Assembly: GCA_015478725.1 (NCBI GenBank)
Contig: JADMIG010000001.1
Span: forward strand, 348,748-412,747
Source of the DNA: Chloroflexota bacterium
GTDB taxonomy: Bacteria > Chloroflexota > Limnocylindria > Limnocylindrales > CSP1-4
Direction of reading: 5' to 3'
DNA: 64,000 nt
In this document: positions 1-9,495 of the stretch, in pieces
Layout: every line of letters starts with the position of its first letter
Position numbering within the stretch: position 1 is the first letter of the stretch
The notes under the pieces: generated by a model
What the model was told of the DNA's origin: nothing
What the model saw: only the letters and a program-made list of their open reading frames with translations
Database searches by the model: none
Program-made: the position numbers and the translations under genes

Positions 1-1773
1 GTGCGGCATGGCCGGCTCCTCGGCCGGCGCGAGGCGTTCCTCGCCGAGATGGCCGATGTCGTCATCCGGGTCATGGCGGACGCGTACCCGATCCTCGTCG
101 AGCGACGATCGGAGATCCTCGCCGCGATCGAACGCGAGGAGGCCCAGTTCGCGCGGACGCTCGACGCCGGGACGAGCCATCTGGAGGTCGCGCTCGCGAC
201 GGTCCCGACGACCGAGCGGACGGTCGGGCGACGGCCCGAGGACCTGCCGCCCGACGCGCCGCAGCTCGACGGCGCGCTCGCCTTCCGGCTCCACGACACG
301 TTCGGCTTCCCGATCGACCTCACGGTGGAGCTCGCCGCGGAGTACGGCGTCGCGGTGGACCGGACGGGCTTCGCGGCCGCACTCGCCGAGCAGCGCGAGC
401 GGAGCCGGAGCGGGCGCAAGGCGGACCTCGCCCGGCACGCCGAGCGGACGAGCCTCTACGAGGCGATCCTCCGGTCGCGGGGCGAGACGCTGTTCACGGG
501 TTACGAGTCCACGAGCGCCGAGGCGACGGTCGTCGCGATCGTCCGTGAGGACGTCGAGTACGAGGAGCTGACCGGCAATGCGGCCGTCGAGGTCGTGCTC
601 GACCGAACCCCGTTCTACGCGGAGGGCGGCGGCCAGGTCGGTGACCGTGGCGTCCTGCTCGAGGCCGGGGGCGGTTCGTCGCTCATGACGGTCGCCGATA
701 CGCAGCGGCCCGTCGGCGCGCAGGGGGGCGGCCTCGTCGTCCACCGCGGCACGCTCCACGGACGGCTCCGGGTCGGCGAAACCGTGCGTGCCGCCGTGGA
801 TCGCGAGCCGCGCGAGCGGACGATGCGCAACCATACCGGCACGCACCTTCTCCATCGCGCCCTGCGCAACGTCGTCGGCGAGCGGGCGCGACAGGCGGGC
901 TCGCTCGTGACGCCGGACGGCCTGCGCTTCGATTTCCCGTTCGAGCGTGCGGTCACCGCGGAGGAACGGGCGGCGATCGAGGCGGAGGTCCGGGGCATCG
1001 TCCGCGACGCACGCCCGGTGAGCGTGACGTATCTCTCGATGGCCGACGCGATCGCCGCCGGCGCGGACGCGTTCTTCGACGAGAAGTACGGTGAGCGTGT
1101 CCGGACGGTGCGGGTCGAGGGCTACAGCCATGAGCTCTGCGGCGGCACCCACTGCGCGAACTCGGGGCAGGTCGGGAGTTTCGTCATCGTCGGCGAGCGG
1201 AGCATCGGATCCGGGGTGCGGCGGATCGAGGCCCTCACGGGCGACGGTGCCGACGCCTGGATCGGTGCGCGGCTCGAGACGCTCGACCGTGCGGCCGATG
1301 CCCTGGGGGCCCAGGCGGCGGACGTGATCGTCGAGCGGATCGGAGCCCTCCAGGGGGAACTCCGCGAAGCGCGCCGCCGACTCCGGTCCGGCGAGGGCGC
1401 CGGCAGCCCGCAGATCGCCGAGGCGGTCGCCGGCGCGGAGACCATCGGCCCGGAACTCCGCCTCATCGCCCGACAGGACGGCTGGGAGTCGATCGAGGCG
1501 ATGAAGGCGTTCGCCAAGGAGCTCCGCGGCGTGTTCCCGTCCGGCGTCATCGCGCTCGCCGACGAGCGGCCCGAGCCGCAGCTCTTCATCACCGTCAGCG
1601 ACGACCTCGTCGCCCGTGGGATCGCCGCCGGCGCCCTCGTCCGGGAGGCGGCCACGAAGATCGGCGGCAACGGTGGCGGGAGCCCCCGGATGGGCCAGGC
1701 GAAGGGCGGCGACCCGACCGCCGTCGGGCGAGCCTGGGATGCGGTCCGCGAACGCCTCCGGACCTCCGGCTGA
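1..1773 (+). CDS. alaS: alanine--tRNA ligase, C-terminal portion (5' end outside window)
   Basis: Translation contains AlaRS editing/C-terminal motifs (HTGTHLLHRALR..., CGGTHC...SGQVG...IEALTG). ORF runs from the window edge to a stop at 1773. Confidence 0.9.
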   Translation: MRHGRLLGRREAFLAEMADVVIRVMADAYPILVERRSEILAAIEREEAQFARTLDAGTSHLEVALATVPTTERTVGRRPEDLPPDAPQLDGALAFRLHDTFGFPIDLTVELAAEYGVAVDRTGFAAALAEQRERSRSGRKADLARHAERTSLYEAILRSRGETLFTGYESTSAEATVVAIVREDVEYEELTGNAAVEVVLDRTPFYAEGGGQVGDRGVLLEAGGGSSLMTVADTQRPVGAQGGGLVVHRGTLHGRLRVGETVRAAVDREPRERTMRNHTGTHLLHRALRNVVGERARQAGSLVTPDGLRFDFPFERAVTAEERAAIEAEVRGIVRDARPVSVTYLSMADAIAAGADAFFDEKYGERVRTVRVEGYSHELCGGTHCANSGQVGSFVIVGERSIGSGVRRIEALTGDGADAWIGARLETLDRAADALGAQAADVIVERIGALQGELREARRRLRSGEGAGSPQIAEAVAGAETIGPELRLIARQDGWESIEAMKAFAKELRGVFPSGVIALADERPEPQLFITVSDDLVARGIAAGALVREAATKIGGNGGGSPRMGQAKGGDPTAVGRAWDAVRERLRTSG

Positions 1774-1775
1774 CG

Positions 1776-3038
1776 ATGGCCTTCTGGCGCCGCATCTGGC
1801 AGCGCGATGGGGAGCCGGCGCTCGCTGCCTGCACCGCCCTCGACGTCGGCACGGAGTTCGCCAAGGCGCTCGTCTTCGAGATCGACGATGCGGGTCATGG
1901 CACCGTCCGCGGCGTCGGTCGCAAGCGGCAGGGACTCTCGCACATGCAGTCGGGTACGGTCGCGGACATCGGGGCCGTCGTCGACAACTGCTCGGTCGCC
2001 CTCCAGGAGGCCGAGGAGATGGCCGGCTTCCGTCCGACCCAGGTCGTCATCGGCATCGCCGGCGAGCTCGTCAAGGGCTTCACGACGACGCACAGCCAGG
2101 AGCGCCGGAAACCCGACTCGCCGATCACGGAGGCCGAGCTCCAGCGGCTCATCGACGGCGTCCAGCGAGAGGCGCTCCGGGAGGCCGAACGGGCGATCAC
2201 CTGGGAGACCGGCCTGCCGCACGTCGACGTCCGCCTCGTCCACGCGGCGATCACCGGGGCGAGCATCGACGGATACGCGCTCACGAACCCGGTCGGCTTC
2301 CAGGGCAGGCACGTCCGGATCAGCATCTTCAACGCGTTCGCGCCGCTCGTCCATCTCGGCGCACTCCAGAGCGTGGCGAGCCAGCTCGACCTCGAGCTCC
2401 TCGAGGTCGTCGCCGAGCCGTACGCCGTCGCCCGGGTACTCGGCGCGGACGGCGTCCACCAGTCCGGAGCGCTGTTCATCGATGTCGGCGGTGGGACGAC
2501 GGACGTCGCACTCGTCCGCCAGGGCGGCATCGAGGGGACGCGGATGTTCGCCCTCGGCGGTCGGGCCTTCACGAAATCGATCGCCGATCGACTCGATCTG
2601 CCGTTCCCGCGCGCCGAATCGCTCAAGGTGGACTACGCCCGCGGCCTCGATGTCCCCGATCGCGATCAGGTCGCGGCGGTCATCGCGGACGACGTGACCG
2701 TCTGGGCAGCCGGCGTTGAGCTCGTCACGGAGGAGCTGGCGGCAGGTGAGCAGCTGCCGGCCCGAATCTACCTGTGCGGCGGAGGATCGAGGCTGCCAGA
2801 GGTCCGGGCCGCCCTCGCCGCAGAACCGTTCTGGGCACGCCTGCCGTTCAGCCGTCCGCCCGAGGTGACGATCATGTCACCGGACCAGGTGACGACGATC
2901 CGCGACGGCACGGCGCTCCTCGTCGACCAGCAGGACGTCACGCCGCTCGGGCTCGCCTACCAGGCGATCGAGCTCCAGGCCGACGAGGATCCGCTCGATG
3001 CCGCGCTTCGACGGGTGCTCCGGGCGATGAAGGTCTGA
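1776..3038 (+). CDS. FtsA-family actin-like ATPase (cell-division FtsA/PilM-like)
   Basis: 420 aa with the actin-fold phosphate motifs (DVGTEF..., NPVGFQG..., FIDVGGGTTDVALV, LCGGGSRLP), arranged as in FtsA. ATG sits 3 nt after the alaS stop. Confidence 0.7.
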   Translation: MAFWRRIWQRDGEPALAACTALDVGTEFAKALVFEIDDAGHGTVRGVGRKRQGLSHMQSGTVADIGAVVDNCSVALQEAEEMAGFRPTQVVIGIAGELVKGFTTTHSQERRKPDSPITEAELQRLIDGVQREALREAERAITWETGLPHVDVRLVHAAITGASIDGYALTNPVGFQGRHVRISIFNAFAPLVHLGALQSVASQLDLELLEVVAEPYAVARVLGADGVHQSGALFIDVGGGTTDVALVRQGGIEGTRMFALGGRAFTKSIADRLDLPFPRAESLKVDYARGLDVPDRDQVAAVIADDVTVWAAGVELVTEELAAGEQLPARIYLCGGGSRLPEVRAALAAEPFWARLPFSRPPEVTIMSPDQVTTIRDGTALLVDQQDVTPLGLAYQAIELQADEDPLDAALRRVLRAMKV

Positions 3039-3049
3039 GGTCCGGGCAC

Positions 3050-4846
3050 GTGGCGAACGACACGGCGATCGTCTACCTCGACGTTGACGACGAGATCACC
3101 TCGGCGGCCACCCGCATCCGGAGTGCGGAGGCGCCGCGCATCGCCCTCGTCCTGCCGCCCGGATCGCGGCTCGCCACGTCGCGGATCAACTTCCGGCTCC
3201 TCGCTCGCGAGGCGCAGGCGCGGAGCCGGCAGCTCGTGATCGTGGCGCCGGAGGCGGCGACGCGTGCTCTGGCGGCGTCAGCCGGGATCGACGCGTACGC
3301 GGCGGTGCGGGACCTTGATGAGCCGGACGGCATCGAGCGGCACGCCGCGATCGCGGGGAGCCGCGATGCGGCGTCGGCCGAGGCATACGTCGGCGGGCCG
3401 TCCCCCCGCGCCGGCGGCGCGAGCGCGGACGCGCATCCGATCACGGCTCGGAGCACGGCCCCGGCACTGCCGGTCGTGGGAGGTGGGCGACGGCCGGGAG
3501 TCGGCGTCTCGTCCGGCCGCATCGCCGCGGTCCTCGTCGGGGTCGCCATCCTCCTGCTCGCGATCATCGGATACGTCTTCCTGCCGGCCGCCACCATCGT
3601 CGTCACGCCCAGGATCGATCCGCTCGGACCCCTTACGTTCACCGTCCGCGCAGACCCGACCGCGTCCGCGCCTGACGCGGCGACGGGTGTCGTGCCGGCG
3701 ACGGTCCCCACGTTTCCGCTGACCGCGTCGGGCACGTTCCCCTCCAGCGGCAAGAAGGTGACGAACACGGCGGCCACGGGCTCGGTGACATTCTCGAACA
3801 TCGATCCGTTCGCCCAGCACACGATCGCGGCCGGAAGCGTCGTTTCGACGCCCGATGGGATCGGGTTCGCGACGACGCGGGTCGTCATCCTCAACCCGGC
3901 CCAGCTCGTGGACTCCGGTGGCAACATCGTCATCGTGCCGACGACCGGCAGCTCGCCGGTGACCGCGGTGGCGGGCGGGACGGCGGGGAACGTGGGGGCC
4001 GGCGCGATCCGGATCCCGCCGCCGGACCAGAATGCACGGAAGATCCAGGTCCGCAACCCGGCGCCCACGAGCGGTGGGTCCCACACGGAGGCGCTCATCA
4101 TCGCCCAGAAGGACATCGACGCGGCGACGGCCTCACTCGCGACCCAGCTCGCGACCCAGCTCGACGCCACGATCGCCGATCCATCCCAGGTTCTGCCCGG
4201 CTCGACGGTCTTTCCGGAGACGAAGGCGATGACGGCTGCGACACCGACGGTCGATCCGACGACGCTCGTCGGCCAGCAGGTGACCTCGTTCAGCTACGGG
4301 CTGACCGCCACCGGCAGCGTGACCGCCGTCGATCTGGCGGCGGTCGAGGCACTCGCGACCGCGCAGCTGAGCTCGAGCGTCGCGGCGGACCACACGCTGG
4401 TCGCCGGATCGGCGCAGGTGACGGTCGGCAAGGGTCGCCTCCAGTCCGGCACGATCGTCTTTCCGGTCCGGGCGACGGCGCAGGAGGCGCGGACGCTGAC
4501 GGGAGTCGACTTGCTCGCTCTCGTGAAGGGCAGGTCTGTCGCGGAAGCCGAGGTCGCCCTCGGACCCTACGGGACCGCGAGCATCACGCTCTGGCCCGGG
4601 TTCACGGACCGCGTTCCGGGCTACGACTTCCGGATCGACCTCCGCATCGCGGCCGGTTCGGGTCCCGCCGGGCCAGGCGGTGGGGGCGCGACGCCGGCTT
4701 CTCAGCCACCCGCCGGCACGGACCGGCCGTCCGGGGGCAGCGCGCCGAACGGGATTCCGACGAAGGTGCCTCCGACGAACAGTCCAGCACCGAGCATGAC
4801 GCCGAGCGGTCCGTCGCCGAGCGCGGCGGGGAGCGGGGCACCGTGA
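3050..4846 (+). CDS. bitopic membrane protein: about 160 aa cytoplasmic domain, one TM helix, large Pro/Thr/Ser-rich extracytoplasmic domain (uncharacterised)
   Basis: GTG start 12 nt after the upstream stop, with a GAGG 8 nt before it. A single hydrophobic helix (AAVLVGVAILLLAIIGYVFL) is followed by about 420 aa rich in T/S/P/G. The stop overlaps the ruvX GTG (GTGA). Confidence 0.55.
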   Translation: MANDTAIVYLDVDDEITSAATRIRSAEAPRIALVLPPGSRLATSRINFRLLAREAQARSRQLVIVAPEAATRALAASAGIDAYAAVRDLDEPDGIERHAAIAGSRDAASAEAYVGGPSPRAGGASADAHPITARSTAPALPVVGGGRRPGVGVSSGRIAAVLVGVAILLLAIIGYVFLPAATIVVTPRIDPLGPLTFTVRADPTASAPDAATGVVPATVPTFPLTASGTFPSSGKKVTNTAATGSVTFSNIDPFAQHTIAAGSVVSTPDGIGFATTRVVILNPAQLVDSGGNIVIVPTTGSSPVTAVAGGTAGNVGAGAIRIPPPDQNARKIQVRNPAPTSGGSHTEALIIAQKDIDAATASLATQLATQLDATIADPSQVLPGSTVFPETKAMTAATPTVDPTTLVGQQVTSFSYGLTATGSVTAVDLAAVEALATAQLSSSVAADHTLVAGSAQVTVGKGRLQSGTIVFPVRATAQEARTLTGVDLLALVKGRSVAEAEVALGPYGTASITLWPGFTDRVPGYDFRIDLRIAAGSGPAGPGGGGATPASQPPAGTDRPSGGSAPNGIPTKVPPTNSPAPSMTPSGPSPSAAGSGAP

Positions 4847-5331
4847 CCCGATTGCTCGCCATCGACCTCGGCGAGCGCCGCATCGGGCTCGCCGTCGGGG
4901 ACGATCTGCGCGGCGGAGCCGTTCCGTTGACGACGGTCGCGCGCGGACGCTCCATCGCCGACGACGTCGCCACGCTCGGCCGGGTGGTCCAGCGGGAACG
5001 GATCGACGAGCTCATCGTGGGCCTGCCCATCGACACCGCGGGCACGGAGGGTGTCCAGGCCGACCGCACCCGCAGCTGGGCGGCGGCCGTCGCGGCAGAT
5101 CTCGACCGCCCGATCGCTTTCCGGGACGAACGATTCTCGAGCCGCATCGCCGAGGAGCGCCTCGGACCAATGCCGCGCGGCCGGTCCGGCGGTCCGCCGA
5201 CGGCGACGCAGCGCAACCGGTACCGGGCCCGCGTCGACCGCGAGGCGGCGGCGATCATCCTCGAGGCCGAGCTCCGCGCCCGCGCCGGGACCGCCCCGGC
5301 CCCGGCCCCGGTGGGAGGCACCGAGCGATGA
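4843..5331 (+). CDS. ruvX: Holliday-junction resolvase-like nuclease YqgF/RuvX
   Basis: N-terminus LLAIDLGERRIGLAVGDD is the YqgF signature. It lies in the conserved alaS-ruvX-mltG neighbourhood. Confidence 0.85.
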   Translation: MTRLLAIDLGERRIGLAVGDDLRGGAVPLTTVARGRSIADDVATLGRVVQRERIDELIVGLPIDTAGTEGVQADRTRSWAAAVAADLDRPIAFRDERFSSRIAEERLGPMPRGRSGGPPTATQRNRYRARVDREAAAIILEAELRARAGTAPAPAPVGGTER

Positions 5332-6695
5332 CGATCCGACGGGGCGGCCCGCCCCGCGGCCGCGCGGATGCGGCCCCCGACCAGGCGCACGTCGTCGGTG
5401 GCGTCGACGGCGTCGACCGCACGATCGAACGCCCGCCCGCCCGGGACCGGCGTGATCGCCGACGACCGACGGGTGGCGGAGGTCGCGGTGGGTTCGGCGG
5501 GCTGGTCCGCTTCGTCGCCTTCGCCCTCGTCCTCGGCGCCGTCGTCCTCGTCGGCCTCGTCACGGTCCTCCGACCGGTCGCGGCGGGAGCGATCGTCGGC
5601 TGGGCGTCTGACAACCCGACCGCGCTCGGCATCCCGTTCGTCGCGGATCTCGTCCGCGAGGATCTCGGCGCCTCCCTCACGGCGGCCCCGAGCACGGACG
5701 CGACGGAGGTCGACTTCATCGTCGCGCCCGGCGACACGGCCCGCGGGATCGCGGCGCGACTCCAGACCCAGGGCCTCCTGATCGATGCCCGAGCCTTCGT
5801 GTTCACCGCGATCGAGCGAAGTCTGACGAGCAAGCTCGAGGCCGGAACGTTCATCCTGCGCCGCAACATGACGCCCGACCAGCTCGTCACGGCGCTCCTC
5901 CAGGCGAAGAGCCTCGCCATCGACATCTCGTTCCGCGAGGGTCTCCGGGTCGAGCAGATGGCCGCCAAGCTCGAGACGCTGCCAGTCACGCTGGACCCGA
6001 AGCAGTTCTACGACCTCGCGATGCACCCGACCGCCTCGATCCTCGCCGCCCATCCATGGCTGCAGCTGCCGAAGGGCGCCTCGCTCGAGGGGTTCCTCTA
6101 CCCGGCGACGTACCAGGTGCTTCCCTCGATCACGCCGGAGCAGCTCATCGGCAAGATGCTCGATGCGTTCTACACGCAGGTCGGACAGGCGCGCGTCGCC
6201 GTCCCGGCGAGCCGCGGCCTCACGTTCTACCAGGTCGTGACGATGGCCTCGCTCGTCGAGCAGGAGGCGAGGCTCGACGCCGAACGGCCGCTCATCGCCG
6301 GCGTCTTCCAGAACCGGCTCGACCCGAAGCTCTTCCCGACCCGCCTGCTCCAGTCGGACACGACGATCTTCTACATCAACGACACCGTCCAGCTCGCGAA
6401 GATCCCGTTCGCGGCGTGGGCCCAGTACTCGTTCTGGGGCCCGTTGACGGCACCGATCAAGGATTCGAGCGTCTCACCGGCGCTCGCCAAGTACGACACG
6501 TACACGGCTCCGGGACTCATGCCGGGGCCGATCTGCTCGCCCTCGCTTGCATCGATCGACGCCGTGCTCCATCCGGACACCGCGACCGGCTACCTCTATT
6601 TCGTGGCCAGGAACGACGGCTCGAACACCACCGCGTTCGCGAGGACGCTCGCCCAGCACGAGATCAACGTCCGCAAGTACAGCAGCGCGCCCTGA
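5328..6695 (+). CDS. mltG: endolytic murein transglycosylase MltG (YceG family)
   Basis: ATGA overlap with ruvX. It has an N-terminal TM segment and a YceG-like domain (motifs such as LYFVARNDGS, TLAQHE). Conserved synteny after ruvX. Confidence 0.8.
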   Translation: MTIRRGGPPRGRADAAPDQAHVVGGVDGVDRTIERPPARDRRDRRRPTGGGGRGGFGGLVRFVAFALVLGAVVLVGLVTVLRPVAAGAIVGWASDNPTALGIPFVADLVREDLGASLTAAPSTDATEVDFIVAPGDTARGIAARLQTQGLLIDARAFVFTAIERSLTSKLEAGTFILRRNMTPDQLVTALLQAKSLAIDISFREGLRVEQMAAKLETLPVTLDPKQFYDLAMHPTASILAAHPWLQLPKGASLEGFLYPATYQVLPSITPEQLIGKMLDAFYTQVGQARVAVPASRGLTFYQVVTMASLVEQEARLDAERPLIAGVFQNRLDPKLFPTRLLQSDTTIFYINDTVQLAKIPFAAWAQYSFWGPLTAPIKDSSVSPALAKYDTYTAPGLMPGPICSPSLASIDAVLHPDTATGYLYFVARNDGSNTTAFARTLAQHEINVRKYSSAP

Positions 6696-6745
6696 CGGGC
6701 GTCCTCCGTGTCGGCTGACGCAGCGCCGCGGGCGGGTCCGCGATT

Positions 6746-6766
6746 GAGGCTCGGGCGGCGAGCCTC
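6746..6766 (+). terminator. 8-bp stem hairpin (GAGGCTCG-ggcgg-CGAGCCTC) 50 nt after the mltG stop; no U-tract
   Basis: Perfect inverted repeat read directly from the sequence. It sits between mltG and efp. Confidence 0.3.
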
Positions 6767-6769
6767 GGC

Positions 6770-6775
6770 TACAAT
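6770..6775 (+). promoter_or_regulatory. TACAAT -10-like hexamer upstream of efp
   Basis: GGCTACAATCC lies 82 nt upstream of the efp ATG, immediately after the hairpin. No clear -35. Confidence 0.2.
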
Positions 6776-6856
6776 CCGCTCCACCACACCGTCACGTTCC
6801 GCCGGCCTTCGCGCGTTGCCCTCCGGCGACCGATGGCCAGCCCAGGAGCCCCACCC

Positions 6857-7414
6857 ATGATCAGCACCGGCGAACTGCGCAAGGGCGTCGCCATCGAGCT
6901 CGACGGCGATCTCTGGCAGATCCTCGACTATCACCACATCAAGATGGGCCGTGGCTCGGCCCAGGTCCGGATCACCCTCCGCAACATCAAGCGAGGCCAG
7001 ACCGTCGAGCGGAGCTTCCAGGCCGGCACCAAATGGCCGCGCGCCCAACTCGACCGGCGGCCCGTCCAGTTCCTCTACCGGGACGGCGACGAGTTCCATT
7101 TCATGGAGAACGAGACGTACGACCAGTTCCACCTGACGGCGGAGCAGCTCGCCGACGCGGCCCTCTACCTCAGGGACGGGATGACCCTCGACCGGACCAG
7201 CTACCAGGGTGAGACGATCGGCGTCGAGCTGCCGGTCACCGTCGACCTCACGGTGACCGAGACGGAGCCGGGGTTCGCGGGCGACACGCAGACCGGCGCG
7301 CGCAAGCCGGCGACCACGGACACCGGCCTCGTTGTCCAGGTGCCGATCTTCGTGAGCGAGGGGGACACCATCCGGATCGACACCCGGACCGGCGAGTACC
7401 AGACCCGCGTCTGA
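6857..7414 (+). CDS. efp: elongation factor P
   Basis: MISTGELRKG...KMGRGSAQVRI...ETEPG are EF-P signature motifs. ATG chosen at M9 of the ORF to match EF-P N-termini. Confidence 0.9.
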   Translation: MISTGELRKGVAIELDGDLWQILDYHHIKMGRGSAQVRITLRNIKRGQTVERSFQAGTKWPRAQLDRRPVQFLYRDGDEFHFMENETYDQFHLTAEQLADAALYLRDGMTLDRTSYQGETIGVELPVTVDLTVTETEPGFAGDTQTGARKPATTDTGLVVQVPIFVSEGDTIRIDTRTGEYQTRV

Positions 7415-7510
7415 GCTCGTCGCCATCCGCTCAGGAGCGGTCGGCCCGCGGGTGTCCGCTCGCGCCGTGGCGCGCCGCATGGCCCGGGGCGTCTCGCTGG
7501 GCACGGATCG

Positions 7511-8986
7511 ATGAGCGATCCGCTCGATCCCCCGGACTGGGCATTGCCCGCCTGGGACGCGGATCGGTCCGCGACCCGCCCGAGCGTCGGCGGGCCGCAC
7601 CGGGACGAGCGCGCCGAGGGACGATCGCCGGCCGACCGACAACCCCCGTCGCTGCGCATCCTCGCCGTCACGGACGTCACCCGCGCCGTCCGGGACGCGG
7701 TCCGCGGCGACGAGCGCCTCCGCGACCTGTGGGTCGAAGGCGAGGTCGGGCGGGTGACGATCTCCAGCGCCGGCCACGGGTATTTCAACCTCAAGGACGA
7801 GCGGAGCCAGCTCGCCTGCATCTGGTTCCGCGAGGACCGCCTCGCGTCGCCGTTCGAGGCACGGGTAGGCCTGCGGATCGTCGCCCACGGCCGCCTCGAC
7901 GTCTTCGAGCCGGGCGGGGTGTACCAGCTCTACGTCGACGCCGTGCAGCCCGCCGGGTTCGGCGATCTCGCCATCCGCTTCGAGGCGCTCAAGGCGCGGC
8001 TCGCCGCCGCCGGCCTGTTCGACGCAGCAAGGAAGCGTCCTCTGCCCGGACGCCCGGCCGTCGTCGCGGTCGTGACGAGCGCGACCGGCGCGGTGTGGCA
8101 CGACATCGTCCGCGTCGTCGAGCGCCGCTGGCCGCTGACACGGGTCATCCTCTCGCCGTGCCTCGTGCAGGGCGACGGCTCGGTCCCGAGCATCGTCCAC
8201 GCCCTCGAGCGGATCGACCGCTGGGCGGACCGCCTCACCGCGGACGGTCGGGGCGTGGAGACGCCCACGGTCACGATCCTGGCTCGCGGGGGCGGGTCGC
8301 TCGAGGATCTCTGGAGCTTCAACGACGAGGCGGTCGTGCGGGCGGTCGTCGGCCACGGACGGCCCGTGGTGGCGGCGATCGGCCACGAGACGGACGTGAC
8401 GCTGGCGGACTTCGCGGCAGACGTGCGGGCCCCGACACCGTCGGCGGCCGCCGAGCTCGTCGTGCCCGACCGCGCGGAGGCGCTCCGACGTGTCGCGGCA
8501 CTCGACCGTCGCGGGCAGCTCGCCGCGGAACGCCGGATCGGCACGCTCGGCGTCGTTCTCGGCAATGAGCGGCGGGTGCTTGCCGGTCTCCATCCCGCGG
8601 TCCGGATCGCTGCCGATCGAGAGCGGAGCGGGGCACTCCTCGACCGTGCCACCGCCGCGGCCGGGATGCGGGTCGAGCGATCCGCAGCACGACTCGCCCG
8701 GTCCGTGTCGCTCATCCCGATCGTCGTCCGACGGGAGCTGGGCGGCGCCGAGAACCGGCTCATGGTGGCGGCGGCAGCGCTCGGCGCACTCGGTCCGCAG
8801 GCCACCCTCGAGCGCGGCTACGCGATCGTCCGGCGGATCGACGATGCGCGGATCCTCCGCGTCCCGACGGATGCCCCTCCCGGCACCGGCCTGACGATCC
8901 GCCTTGCCCACGGCGACCTTGCGGCGACCGCCGGGCCACGATTCCGCCCTCGATCCGGGGCGGCGGGCGAGATCGCCGATCCATGA
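7511..8986 (+). CDS. xseA: exodeoxyribonuclease VII large subunit
   Basis: OB-fold N-terminus (VEGEVGRVTISSAGHGYFNLKD) and a catalytic/coiled-coil region. It is followed by xseB. Confidence 0.85.
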   Translation: MSDPLDPPDWALPAWDADRSATRPSVGGPHRDERAEGRSPADRQPPSLRILAVTDVTRAVRDAVRGDERLRDLWVEGEVGRVTISSAGHGYFNLKDERSQLACIWFREDRLASPFEARVGLRIVAHGRLDVFEPGGVYQLYVDAVQPAGFGDLAIRFEALKARLAAAGLFDAARKRPLPGRPAVVAVVTSATGAVWHDIVRVVERRWPLTRVILSPCLVQGDGSVPSIVHALERIDRWADRLTADGRGVETPTVTILARGGGSLEDLWSFNDEAVVRAVVGHGRPVVAAIGHETDVTLADFAADVRAPTPSAAAELVVPDRAEALRRVAALDRRGQLAAERRIGTLGVVLGNERRVLAGLHPAVRIAADRERSGALLDRATAAAGMRVERSAARLARSVSLIPIVVRRELGGAENRLMVAAAALGALGPQATLERGYAIVRRIDDARILRVPTDAPPGTGLTIRLAHGDLAATAGPRFRPRSGAAGEIADP

Positions 8987-9120
8987 TCGGCGATCTCCTC
9001 ATGCTCGCGGTGATCGTCGTCGTGACCGCTGCGATCGGCTTCGTCATCGGTAAGCTCATCGCGCCGCGCCTCATGCGGTCGACCGATCGAGAGGAGCGAG
9101 ACGATGACGAGCCCCGATGA
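8983..9120 (+). CDS. unannotated small hydrophobic protein (45 aa, one predicted TM helix)
   Basis: ATG overlaps the xseA stop (ATGA). Translation is MIGDLLMLAVIVVVTAAIGFVIGKLIAPRLMRSTDREERDDDEPR. Codons are GC3-rich. It ends 17 nt into xseB. Below the ORF-track length cut-off. Confidence 0.4.
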   Translation: MIGDLLMLAVIVVVTAAIGFVIGKLIAPRLMRSTDREERDDDEPR

Positions 9121-9403
9121 CGCGGCCCTGAGCCGGTCGCCGTCCGTGGCCGCTGCCGATGACGGGCTGACGTTCGACGCGGCCCTTGCGGAGCTCGAGC
9201 GGATCGTGGCCGCCCTCGAGGCCGGTGGCGCGCCGCTCGAGACGACGCTCGAGCTCTACGAGCGCGCGGTCGCGCTCGAGTCCCGCTGCTCCGCGTTGCT
9301 CGCGGAGGCGCGGCTGCGGATGGAACGTCTCGTCGAGCGGAGCGGAGGCCGGCTCGAGACCGTCGCCATCGAGGACCGCGCGGCGACCGAGCCCGGCGCC
9401 TGA
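9104..9403 (+). CDS. xseB: exodeoxyribonuclease VII small subunit
   Basis: LTFDAALAELERIVAALE...LELYERAVAL matches XseB. GAGGAG RBS upstream. Confidence 0.8.
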   Translation: MTSPDDAALSRSPSVAAADDGLTFDAALAELERIVAALEAGGAPLETTLELYERAVALESRCSALLAEARLRMERLVERSGGRLETVAIEDRAATEPGA

Positions 9404-9495
9404 CTGTGCCCCGGTCGGCCGGCCCGTCCTCGGGACGCTCGCGGCCGGTCGGCGTAGACTCCGCTCGCCGCCGGACCCATCCCCGGCCCGGCCGC

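Noticed and set aside
1122-2459. 445-aa minus-strand ORF across alaS/ftsA-like genes. Similar long antisense ORFs occur at 4602-6053, 6596-8911, 9853-11538, 13376-15211, 15689-16921, 16549-17919, 33735-35987, 35027-36703, 37215-39443, 41241-42893, 50824-52695, 60276-61352 and 60686-62458.
   Set aside because: All lie antisense to genes with clear homology. They have Arg/Asp/Gly/Pro-dominated, low-complexity translations typical of stop-codon-poor frames in about 70% GC DNA. None shows a recognisable motif.
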